Shown here: positions 36,485 to 45,308 of the stretch, one piece after another
Position numbering within the stretch: position 1 is the first letter of the stretch
Layout: each line of letters begins with the position of its first letter
Assembly: GCA_019322435.1 (NCBI GenBank)
Contig: JAHWIR010000008.1
Location: forward strand, 21,647 to 85,646
DNA: 64,000 nucleotides
Origin: Candidatus Woesearchaeota archaeon
Lineage (GTDB): Archaea; Nanobdellota; Nanobdellia; Woesearchaeales; WJKL01
Direction: 5' to 3'
Position numbers and translations under genes: made by a program
The notes under the pieces: generated by a model
Seen by the model: the letters and a program-made list of their open reading frames with translations, nothing else
What the model was told of the DNA's origin: nothing
Database searches by the model: none

Positions 36485-39413
36485 TATCTTTAGAATATCC
36501 ATTGATTCAAAAGAGAAGAGTTCAGAAGCAAAGGTATTGGAAAAAAAGATAAAAAGCCTGGGTTATGATGTATCCTTAGATATTAGCAAGGTTTATACAA
36601 TTCAATATGATTTTGCTGAAGAGCAGATAAAAGAAATAGCTGATGCTTTATTTAATCCTGTTGTTGAAGTTCCGAGAATTAATTCTCCACTTCAAAAAGG
36701 GTTTGACTGGGCATTGGAGCTGGGATTTTTGCCTGGTGTAACTGATAATGTTGCAAACACAGCTGCTGAGATTATTAATGACCTTTTCAAAATCAATATA
36801 GGGAGGAACAAGGTATTTACTACAAAGGTTCTGTTTATTAAATCAGCTAATCTAACAAAAGAAGATATTGAGATTGTTGCCAAGGAGCTTATCAATATCT
36901 TGATAGAAAGATTCCATATAAAACATTATGATGAGTATAGTAGAGGGGATGGCATGGATTATATTGTGCCAAAGGTTAATCTTTCTCAAACACAGGATGT
37001 TATTGAGATTGATCTTGATATAAGTGATGAAGAATTAATTGAGCTAGGAAAAAAAGGAATTCTTGATCCTGAAACAAATACAAGAAGAGGGCCTCTTGCT
37101 TTGGATCTTGATTATTTCAAAGCAGTTCAAGCTTATTTTAGAAAAGAAGGGAGAAAGGCAACTGATATTGAGATCGAATCTATTGCCCAAACCTGGAGCG
37201 AGCATTGCAAGCACACAATATTTGCAGGACAGATGGATGATATTGAAGAAGGGATATACAAGAGATTCATAAGAGCTGCAACAATGAAGGTAAGAGAGGA
37301 GCTAGGAGAAAAGGATTTTTGCTTGTCTGTTTTTAAGGATAATTCCGGAGGCATTGTTTTTGATGATAATTATATGATCACTGATAAGACAGAGACCCAC
37401 AACAGCCCTTCTGCTTTGGATCCTTTTGGAGGATCAATAACTGGAATTGTTGGGGTTAATAGAGATACAATTGGTTTTGGGTTAGGAGCATTGCCTATTG
37501 TTAATAAATATGGTTTTTGTTTTGGGCGGCCTGAAGATAAAAGCATTATCTACAGGGGGCAGAACAAGACAAATGCTGCTCTTACACCAAGAAGGATAAT
37601 GGATGGTGTTGTGCATGGAGTTAATGTTGGAGGAAATTGCAGCGGGATTCCAACACCAGCTGGTTTTGTTTATTTTGATGATTGTTATAAAGGAAAGCCA
37701 TTGATTTTTGTAGGAACAGTTGGATTGATGCCAAGAAAGCTTCCTAATGGCAAAATAAGCCAGGAGAAAAAAGCAATGCCTGAAGATCATGTTGTTGTGA
37801 TTGGAGGCAGGGTTGGAAAAGATGGTATTCATGGAGCTACGTTTTCATCAGAAGCAATGGATGAAGGAAGTCCTGCTACTGCTGTTCAGATTGGAGATCC
37901 AATTACTCAAAAGAAATTATCAGATGCAGTGGTTAAGGAAGCAAGGAATAAGGGGCTTTACAATAGTATAACTGATAATGGGGCTGGCGGATTAAGCTGT
38001 TCTGTTGCAGAGATGGCAGAGGAATGTGGAGGATTTGTTGTTGAGCTAGAAAAGGTTCCTTTAAAATATCCTGGATTGCAGCCATGGGAGACCTGGATCT
38101 CAGAATCTCAGGAGAGAATGACTGTTGCTGTGCCTGATGACAAACTTGAGGAATTTAATAATCTCATGGAAAGCAGAGGTGTTGAATCAACTGTTATAGG
38201 CAAGTTTAATGATACGAGCAGAGCAATTGTTAATTTTAATGGAAAAGAGATATTTAATATTGACATAGATTTTCTGCATAATGGTTTGCCAAAAAGAAAA
38301 TTAGAAACAAAACCTTATCCATATAATACAGAAGAACCAGAGATTATTGTTGATAATCAGCAGGAATTATTTGAAAAAGTGTTGGGCAGCCATAATAATT
38401 GCAGTTTTGAGTTTATTTCAAAACAATATGATCATGAAGTTCAGAATAATTCTGCAATAAAACCTTTGCAAGGAAAAGGAAGAGTCAATGGAGATGCTTG
38501 CGTTGTTAAGCCTTTGTTTAATAGTAATAAATGTTTTGCAATATCACAGAGCTTATATCCAAGATTAAGTGAAATTAGCTGTTATGATACGGCTGCATGT
38601 GCAATTGATACAACAATAAGGAATTGTATTGCTGTTGGAGGAAATATAAATCATCTTGCGCTGCTTGATAATTTCTGCTGGTGCAGTTCAACTGAGCCTG
38701 AAAGATTAGCACAGCTAAAGGATGCTGCAAAAGCATGTTATGATTATGCTACTGTATATAAAACGCCATTTATTTCTGGAAAAGACAGTATGTTTAATGA
38801 TTTCAAAGGATTTGATGAGGAGAATAATCCTGTAAAGATCTCTGTTTTGCCAACATTATTGATTTCTGGCATTGGTGTGATTGAAGATGTAAATAATACA
38901 TGCACTATGGATTTAAAGATTCCAGGAGATGTTGTTTATATTATTGGAGAGACAAAAGATGAATGCGGTGGAAGTGAGTTTTATCATACTCTTGGAAAAA
39001 AAGGCGGAAAAAGTCCAAAAGTTGATGCTGAAAAAGCTAGAAGATTGTATGAAAAGGTATATGAATTGCATAAGAAAGGCATGTTTAGTGCTTGTGCTTC
39101 TGTTGGCAAAGGAGGATTATTGATTACACTGGCGAGGATGGCAATAGCTGGCCAGCTTGGGGTTGATGTTGATGTTAGTGGAGTAGCAGAGCTGCCTGTT
39201 GAGAGAATATTTTATTCAGAATCGCAGTCAAGATTTATTGTAACAATTGATCCTAAGAATAAAAAAGAGTTTGAAGAAGCTATGGATGCTATTGAGATTG
39301 GTGTTGTTAATGACAATGGGAGTGTTGTTGTGAAGAACAGCGGGGATGAGGTTATTAGCAGTGATGTTGAGGAATTGGGGAGAATTTATAGAGAGAGGTT
39401 TAAGGATTATTAG
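36474..39413 (+). CDS. purSL: Phosphoribosylformylglycinamidine synthase, PurS-PurL fusion
   Basis: An N-terminal ~80-aa PurS-like domain is followed by the PurL AIRS/AIRS_C duplicated domains. The protein is 979 aa. Confidence 0.85.
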   Translation: MQDNIFRISIDSKEKSSEAKVLEKKIKSLGYDVSLDISKVYTIQYDFAEEQIKEIADALFNPVVEVPRINSPLQKGFDWALELGFLPGVTDNVANTAAEIINDLFKINIGRNKVFTTKVLFIKSANLTKEDIEIVAKELINILIERFHIKHYDEYSRGDGMDYIVPKVNLSQTQDVIEIDLDISDEELIELGKKGILDPETNTRRGPLALDLDYFKAVQAYFRKEGRKATDIEIESIAQTWSEHCKHTIFAGQMDDIEEGIYKRFIRAATMKVREELGEKDFCLSVFKDNSGGIVFDDNYMITDKTETHNSPSALDPFGGSITGIVGVNRDTIGFGLGALPIVNKYGFCFGRPEDKSIIYRGQNKTNAALTPRRIMDGVVHGVNVGGNCSGIPTPAGFVYFDDCYKGKPLIFVGTVGLMPRKLPNGKISQEKKAMPEDHVVVIGGRVGKDGIHGATFSSEAMDEGSPATAVQIGDPITQKKLSDAVVKEARNKGLYNSITDNGAGGLSCSVAEMAEECGGFVVELEKVPLKYPGLQPWETWISESQERMTVAVPDDKLEEFNNLMESRGVESTVIGKFNDTSRAIVNFNGKEIFNIDIDFLHNGLPKRKLETKPYPYNTEEPEIIVDNQQELFEKVLGSHNNCSFEFISKQYDHEVQNNSAIKPLQGKGRVNGDACVVKPLFNSNKCFAISQSLYPRLSEISCYDTAACAIDTTIRNCIAVGGNINHLALLDNFCWCSSTEPERLAQLKDAAKACYDYATVYKTPFISGKDSMFNDFKGFDEENNPVKISVLPTLLISGIGVIEDVNNTCTMDLKIPGDVVYIIGETKDECGGSEFYHTLGKKGGKSPKVDAEKARRLYEKVYELHKKGMFSACASVGKGGLLITLARMAIAGQLGVDVDVSGVAELPVERIFYSESQSRFIVTIDPKNKKEFEEAMDAIEIGVVNDNGSVVVKNSGDEVISSDVEELGRIYRERFKDY

Positions 39414-39414
39414 A

Positions 39415-41526
39415 ATGATTCCAAAAGTATTAATCATGTCAGGATATGGTATTAATTGTGAAAGAGAAAGCGCTCATGCATTTAACAAAGCAGGAGCTGA
39501 ATGCGAGATTGTTCATATCAATGATCTTATATCAGGGAAAAGAAAGATGTCTGATTATGATATAATCATGTTTCCTGGAGGATTCTCATATGGAGATGAT
39601 ACTGGATCTGGCAATGCTTTTGCAAATAAAATCAAGGATAATCTGTGGGCAGATTTAACTGAGTTTATTGATTCAGGAAAATTAGTGTTTGGAGTATGTA
39701 ATGGATTCCAGGTTATGACTCATCTTGGGTTATTTGCACTGCCTTCAGGAGATTATGGCAAAAGGATAAATGCACTAGAAGCAAACAACAGCAATCGTTA
39801 TGAATGCAGATGGGTATATCTTAAAAATAATTCAGATTGTGTTTTTACAAAAGGAATTTCTTTAACACATCTTCCTGTTGCGCATGGAGAAGGAAGATTT
39901 GTTTGTGATAAAGAAACTTTAGAGGAATTAAAGCAGAATAATCAGATTGTGTTTAGTTATTGTGGTGAAAATGGGGAGAATGCAAATGGAGAGTATCCTG
40001 TAAATCCAAATGGTGCAATGGCTGATATTGCTGGGATATGTGATAAAACTGGAAGGATTATGGGAATGATGCCTCATCCAGAAAGAGCGCTTTATTCAAT
40101 AAGCGAGCCAGAGTTTCACTTGAAAAAGGAGATTGCAAATAGAGATGAGGAAGAAGTGCCTGAGTTGATTGAAACTAATTTTATGATTTTTAAGAATGCT
40201 GTGGATTTTGTTAAAAACAAACAGGGTGTAAAAATGGATAATATTAATGTCTTGATAATTGGAGGAGGCGGAAGAGAGCATGCTTTGGCATTAAAAGTGA
40301 GTGAAAGCGAGCGTCTTAATAAGTTATTTGCTATTCCTGGAAATCCAGGTATTGGAGTGGTTGCAGAATGTGCTGATGTTGATATAGGGGATAATGATGC
40401 TGTTGTGAATTTTGCAAAAGAAAACAAGATTGAGCTTGTTATTGTTGGTCCAGAGGTTCCGCTTGTGAATGGGGTGGCTGATGAACTGGAAAAGAATGGG
40501 ATAAGGGTGTTTGGTCCTAATAAAGTTGCTGCACAGTTTGAAGGCTCAAAGGCATTTGCCAGAAAATTCATGAAGAAATACAATCTTCCAACTGTTGAGT
40601 TTGAGGAGTTTACAGATTTTGAAGAGGCAAAGAGGTACATACGACGAAAAGGAGCTCCAATTGTTGTTAAGGCTGATGGGCTTGCTGCTGGCAAGGGTGT
40701 TTTTGTTGCAAGCAATGAAGAAGATGCAATTAATTTTACAAAGGAATGTTTAGAGAATAATAAGTTTGGAGAAGCGTCATCAAAGGTTGTAATAGAAGGG
40801 TGTTTGGTTGGAGAAGAAGCATCTTATCTGGTGTTTATGGATTCTAAAACATTCAAGCCAATGGTTTATTCCCAAGATCATAAGGCTGTCTATGAAGGAG
40901 ATAAAGGGCCTAATACAGGAGGAATGGGAGCTTATTCTCCTGCACCTATTTTAGATGGGCTGGAAGAGGAGATGGAAGAGAAGATTATCAAGCCATTTTT
41001 AAATGGGATAAAGCAGGAAGGGATTGAATATAAAGGGGTGCTTTATGTTGGGTTGATGAAAACAAAAGACGGGCTTAAGATACTTGAATTTAACTGCAGG
41101 TTTGGTGATCCTGAAACTCAGGTTATACTTCCTAGATTAAGAACTGATATAATCAAAGTGATGAATGCTGTGATTGATGGAAAACTGGAAAGTATTAATA
41201 TTGAATGGTCTGATGAACACTGTGTTTCTGTTGTTCTTGCATCAGGAGGCTATCCTGGGTCTTATGAAAAAGGAAAACTAATAACCGGCCTTGATAAGGT
41301 TGATAGATCACAGGTAATACATGCAGGAACTAAAAAGGATAATGGTAAGATATTGACAAACGGAGGAAGGGTGTTGAATATTGTCTGCCTTGGAAAGAGC
41401 TTAAAGGATGCTGTTGATACAGCTTATTCAAAGATAGATTATATTAATTTTGATGGCATGTATTTTAGGAGGGATATTGCAAAGAAAGAGCTGGATCGAG
41501 GTATGCTAGATGCCGGCAGATTATAA
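39415..41526 (+). CDS. purQD: PurQ (FGAM synthase glutaminase subunit) fused to PurD (phosphoribosylamine-glycine ligase)
   Basis: The N-terminal class-I GATase has GVCNGFQ, HGEGRF and MPHPER. From MDNINVLIIGGGGREHALA onward the sequence is a PurD ATP-grasp domain, with no stop between the two. The start is assigned at the ATG 1 nt after the purSL stop. Confidence 0.85.
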   Translation: MIPKVLIMSGYGINCERESAHAFNKAGAECEIVHINDLISGKRKMSDYDIIMFPGGFSYGDDTGSGNAFANKIKDNLWADLTEFIDSGKLVFGVCNGFQVMTHLGLFALPSGDYGKRINALEANNSNRYECRWVYLKNNSDCVFTKGISLTHLPVAHGEGRFVCDKETLEELKQNNQIVFSYCGENGENANGEYPVNPNGAMADIAGICDKTGRIMGMMPHPERALYSISEPEFHLKKEIANRDEEEVPELIETNFMIFKNAVDFVKNKQGVKMDNINVLIIGGGGREHALALKVSESERLNKLFAIPGNPGIGVVAECADVDIGDNDAVVNFAKENKIELVIVGPEVPLVNGVADELEKNGIRVFGPNKVAAQFEGSKAFARKFMKKYNLPTVEFEEFTDFEEAKRYIRRKGAPIVVKADGLAAGKGVFVASNEEDAINFTKECLENNKFGEASSKVVIEGCLVGEEASYLVFMDSKTFKPMVYSQDHKAVYEGDKGPNTGGMGAYSPAPILDGLEEEMEEKIIKPFLNGIKQEGIEYKGVLYVGLMKTKDGLKILEFNCRFGDPETQVILPRLRTDIIKVMNAVIDGKLESINIEWSDEHCVSVVLASGGYPGSYEKGKLITGLDKVDRSQVIHAGTKKDNGKILTNGGRVLNIVCLGKSLKDAVDTAYSKIDYINFDGMYFRRDIAKKELDRGMLDAGRL

Positions 41527-42640
41527 AAAAGCAGGAGTTAATATTGAGCTGGGAGATGATGCTTCAAAGATCTTGTATGAAGCTGCAAAGCTTAGTTTTG
41601 AAAACAGGCAGGGCAATATAGGAGAGATTATAGTTCCTTTTGATGATTTTTCTGGTGTAAGGGCGATTGATGTTAGCAAATTACCTAAGGGAAGCCTGAT
41701 GTGCATGGGTTTTGATGGAATTGGAACCAAGGTTGAGATTGCCCAGAGAATGAATAATCATAGAACAATTGCTTTTGATCTTTTTGCAATGGTTTGTGAT
41801 GATGCTATTGTAAGGGGGGCAGAGCCTGTTTTGGTTGGAAGTGTTTTGGATGTAAATTCCTTGGGAAGTGATGAAGAGCCTCATATAGAAAAGTTAAAAG
41901 AGCTGGCTGAGGGCTATGTTGCTGCTGCAAAAGCTGCAAATGTTGCTGTTATTAATGGAGAACTTGCTGAATTAGGAAAAGGTGTTGGTGGATTTGGAGA
42001 ATTTAATTATAATTGGTGCTCAGCTGTTGTTTGGTTTGCTAATAAAGACAAACTGTTTACTGGAAAAGAGATCAAAGCAGGAGATTCTATTGTTGTTTTA
42101 GAGGAAAAAGGATTTAGATCAAATGGATTGTCATTAGTTAGAAAGGTTTTTGAGAGTGAGCATGGAGAAGAGTGGCATAATGTTGAGCTTGATGGAGAGA
42201 AATTAGGCAATTTGGTGCTAGAGCCTTCAACAATATATTCTAAAGCTGTTGTTCATATGCATGGTGGTTTTAGGACAGATGGGTGTTGTAAGATAAATGG
42301 TGTTGTGCATATTACTGGAGGAGGGATTCCTGGAAAACTGGGAAGGATATTGAAGCCTTCTGGATTAGGAGCAGAACTTAATGATTTATTTGAACCATGC
42401 AAAGCAATGCAGTACTGCCAGAGATTAGGAGAGGTTAGTGATAAAGAAGCCTATAAAACCTGGAATATGGGGCAGGGCCTTGCTATAATAACACCAGAGC
42501 CTGAGAAGGTTATTCAAGAAGCTGAGAAGTTTGGGATTAAAGCAAAGACTGCTGGAAAGGTTGTTTTGGTTCCTGGAATAAGGATTAAAAGCAAAGGTGC
42601 TTTTGATAAAGGCAGGGATTTGGTTTTTGGGATTGATTAG
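41510..42640 (+). CDS. purM: Phosphoribosylformylglycinamidine cyclo-ligase (AIR synthetase)
   Basis: YKKAGVNIELGDD N-terminus and AIRS domains. Confidence 0.9.
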   Translation: MPADYKKAGVNIELGDDASKILYEAAKLSFENRQGNIGEIIVPFDDFSGVRAIDVSKLPKGSLMCMGFDGIGTKVEIAQRMNNHRTIAFDLFAMVCDDAIVRGAEPVLVGSVLDVNSLGSDEEPHIEKLKELAEGYVAAAKAANVAVINGELAELGKGVGGFGEFNYNWCSAVVWFANKDKLFTGKEIKAGDSIVVLEEKGFRSNGLSLVRKVFESEHGEEWHNVELDGEKLGNLVLEPSTIYSKAVVHMHGGFRTDGCCKINGVVHITGGGIPGKLGRILKPSGLGAELNDLFEPCKAMQYCQRLGEVSDKEAYKTWNMGQGLAIITPEPEKVIQEAEKFGIKAKTAGKVVLVPGIRIKSKGAFDKGRDLVFGID

Positions 42641-42670
42641 TTAATAATTTGCTATCATTATTGATAAAGT

Positions 42671-43411
42671 TTATTCAGAAGGATAGAAGCTTCTTAGTGT
42701 TTCATAATTTTTTTCGTTTTTTGATCTTGTTAGATAGCCAGGCATTTTCTTGAATACAAAAGCAGCGCGGATGAACTTAAGTAATTCTGTATCTAGTTCA
42801 TGTTTTTTCACTTCTGTTCTTTTCCATGTTTTTTCTTTTTCACTTCTTGCTCTTTCTTGCAAATCTCTTAAATCATCCAAAGAGAATCCTCCAATCCTTC
42901 TGTAATCTGGTTCGAATTCTGGTTTGATCTCAATCTCATACATTCTGGATTCTAGGGTCTTTGATGTTTTTAGTGGCTCTTTAAGTTTTTCTTCATCACC
43001 TAGCCAGTGATTGTAATCTTTAACTGCTTCTCTAAATACATTAACAGGAGATGTTCCTAATACATTGCTTTTATAGGTTCTTTTAGCTATGTCGTATTCC
43101 TTTTCAAGAACATCTAATGATATTTTTTCATTGTTTTCAATTCTCTCAGAGATATACTCCTTTAATCCGCGTTTGTCTTTTTTGGGTATTACTTGAGGAT
43201 TTTCTGATATATGTTCTTTAAATGCTTTTTTAACTGTTTCAGAAACATCTGAAAAAGAAGGGCCTTTTTTGAAAGAAGCTACTTTTGGTTCTATTTTTCC
43301 ATATTGCTGTTCAAGAGAACTATATTCAGAGTGAAGTGCCTCTATGTTTAATAACTGTTCTACATTATCTAATACAGTCCAAAAATACCTTGTATTTAAT
43401 GTATCTGCCAT
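42671..43411 (-). CDS. Hypothetical protein (246 aa)
   Basis: ORF only. Confidence 0.45.
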   Translation of the reverse strand: MADTLNTRYFWTVLDNVEQLLNIEALHSEYSSLEQQYGKIEPKVASFKKGPSFSDVSETVKKAFKEHISENPQVIPKKDKRGLKEYISERIENNEKISLDVLEKEYDIAKRTYKSNVLGTSPVNVFREAVKDYNHWLGDEEKLKEPLKTSKTLESRMYEIEIKPEFEPDYRRIGGFSLDDLRDLQERARSEKEKTWKRTEVKKHELDTELLKFIRAAFVFKKMPGYLTRSKNEKNYETLRSFYPSE

Positions 43412-43455
43412 ACAAATATAAGAGAATTTTCCCTTTATAAACTTTTCTATTTTAA

Positions 43456-43842
43456 CTACTTTTCAGTAATTAAAACAGCATTAATTACGCCTTCTTGGCC
43501 TGGTCTAGAAGTAATTCTGGCTTTTCCTTTGTCTGTTTGGATTATAGTGCCTTTAACTAGTATATTTCGCCTTATAAAATGCCTATTTGCTGAAGACTTT
43601 AGAACAGTCTCGATCTTTGCTTTTACTGTTTTTTTTGTGTTAGGGTCAACAAGATTTGCAGTATCAGCTGTCAAAAGCCTGGTTTTTAGTTTTCCAGCTT
43701 TGGTTTTTTCTGTTTTTTGCTTGGATTCTGCTATTCTAGTCAAAGTAGGTCCTTTTCCGCTTTCAAATAGTTTCTTCTTTCTAGCAGCAATATATCTTCC
43801 GCCTGATACCTTTCTCTTTGATCTTGTTTGTGTGAAAACCAT
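43456..43842 (-). CDS. rps8e: 30S ribosomal protein S8e
   Basis: The RSKRKVSGGRYIAARKKK N-terminus is typical of eS8. Confidence 0.85.
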   Translation of the reverse strand: MVFTQTRSKRKVSGGRYIAARKKKLFESGKGPTLTRIAESKQKTEKTKAGKLKTRLLTADTANLVDPNTKKTVKAKIETVLKSSANRHFIRRNILVKGTIIQTDKGKARITSRPGQEGVINAVLITEK

Positions 43843-44020
43843 GTTAAATAGAGAAATTTTAAGTAATTTATAAAGATTTCTATATAAAGTATGTTTTATA
43901 GTAAATAAAGTTGAGCAAGCTCAATAGACTTACTAAAATCCGAGATATTTTAGTAAGTTTTATATATAAACAGGCAATTTAAGTGTTATTTTAATTTAAT
44001 TTATATGGGGGTGTCAATAA

Positions 44021-44251
44021 ATGACTCCAGAAGCATCAAGACCTTTAGACGCACTGAACAAGGCGAAAGGCAAAAGAGTAATAGTAGAATTGAAGAACAA
44101 CAAATCATTGATAGGAACACTAAATGCTTTTGACATACACATTAATGTTGTATTAGAAGAAGCAGAAGAGATAATTGATGGTGAAGTTAAGAGAAAACTA
44201 GGTGTTGTCTTCATAAGGGGAGATACTATTATAATAATCTCACCAGAATAG
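44021..44251 (+). CDS. Sm-like archaeal protein (LSm/SmAP)
   Basis: Sm1 is [43 protein letters not shown] and Sm2 is [17 protein letters not shown]. Confidence 0.85.
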   Translation: MTPEASRPLDALNKAKGKRVIVELKNNKSLIGTLNAFDIHINVVLEEAEEIIDGEVKRKLGVVFIRGDTIIIISPE

Positions 44252-44260
44252 AGCATACAA

Positions 44261-44426
44261 AATGGTAAAAGGAACTCCTTCTATGGGGAAGAAGTCTGGA
44301 AAGAAGAATATGATTAGATGTAGAAGGTGCGGTAAATCTACATATCATATCAGAAAAAAGAAGTGTGCTAGCTGCGGTTATGGCAAATCTGCAAAGATGA
44401 GAAGCTATAATTGGCAAAAAAAGTAG
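44261..44426 (+). CDS. rpl37e: 50S ribosomal protein L37e, apparently interrupted by a +1 frameshift (or truncated to start at 44283)
   Basis: Frame A encodes MVKGTPS then runs on to a stop after 18 codons. Frame B from ATG 44283 encodes [47 protein letters not shown]. Removing one C in CCTTCC (~44278-44281) gives a perfect eL37 sequence. Confidence 0.7.
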
Positions 44427-44526
44427 TTCTTTTAGTAACTAAAGTTGAGGCAAGCTCAACAAACTTGCTAAAATTCTTTAAATTTTAGCAAGATTTAAAT
44501 AGAAATTACATACTAGATAAGAATAT

Positions 44527-44629
44527 GCGGAGGTGCCGGAGTGGCCAAACGGGATAGGCTTAGGGCATTTTCAGATGTTAGAAACCTATTGGCTTAGTGC
44601 CTACGAGGGTTCGAACCCCTTCCTCCGCA
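44527..44629 (+). tRNA. tRNA-Leu (anticodon UAG) with a 19-nt intron at the canonical 37/38 position (44565-44583)
   Basis: The acceptor stem is GCGGAGG/CCTCCGC with discriminator A. The 3-bp D stem is class II, the anticodon stem is ATAGG/CCTAT, and the long variable arm is GGCttagtGCC. The T arm reads GAGGG-TTCGAAC-CCCTT. No CCA is encoded, and a T7 tract follows. Confidence 0.8.
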
Positions 44630-45308
44630 TTTTTTTGCTTATTTATAAAGAGATTTTTGGCACAAATCTGCCTTTTTTTATGAAAAATTGAGTTTTATTT
44701 TGTTGATTTTTAGAGCAAATTATTAATTTAATAATAAAATAATAGCGAGAATATAGTTGTTTAGAAGCATAATTATTGTAATATATTATTACTATCAGAA
44801 TACTGATTTTGAAATTTGGTTTTTAGACGGAAGAAAAATCATTTAAAGACGACAAATTGGCAAAAGAGGCGAAAAAGTCACAAAAAACATGGTGTATACC
44901 AGTATACAAAAATCCACAACAACTTTGGGTTTTTGTTGTGAAAACAGTGTAGTTTTTGATTATCTATTTTAAAGTGACAACGTGCTAAAATGCTTGAATT
45001 TGCATAAAAGAGCTGGAAATGGGGGTTTTAAGGGTCAAATATGGGTCTGAGTTGCGAAAAATTTATAAAGAAAATAAGGTATATGATGCTCACCGGTTTA
45101 AAAAAGTCCAAGTTTTGTAGGCCAAAATCAGATGGTATGTACGAATATAGTACACTATATCGTGCATAATTAATGATTCTATAAGGACTTCTTGGACTTA
45201 AAGCGGGATCTTTCGGGATTTCGTGTTGCTGAAATAAGCAACGAAACAGATAGCCTAAAAAAAGATAGCCAAAGAAAACGAAAAAATAAACACGGAGGTG
45301 TTTAGTAT

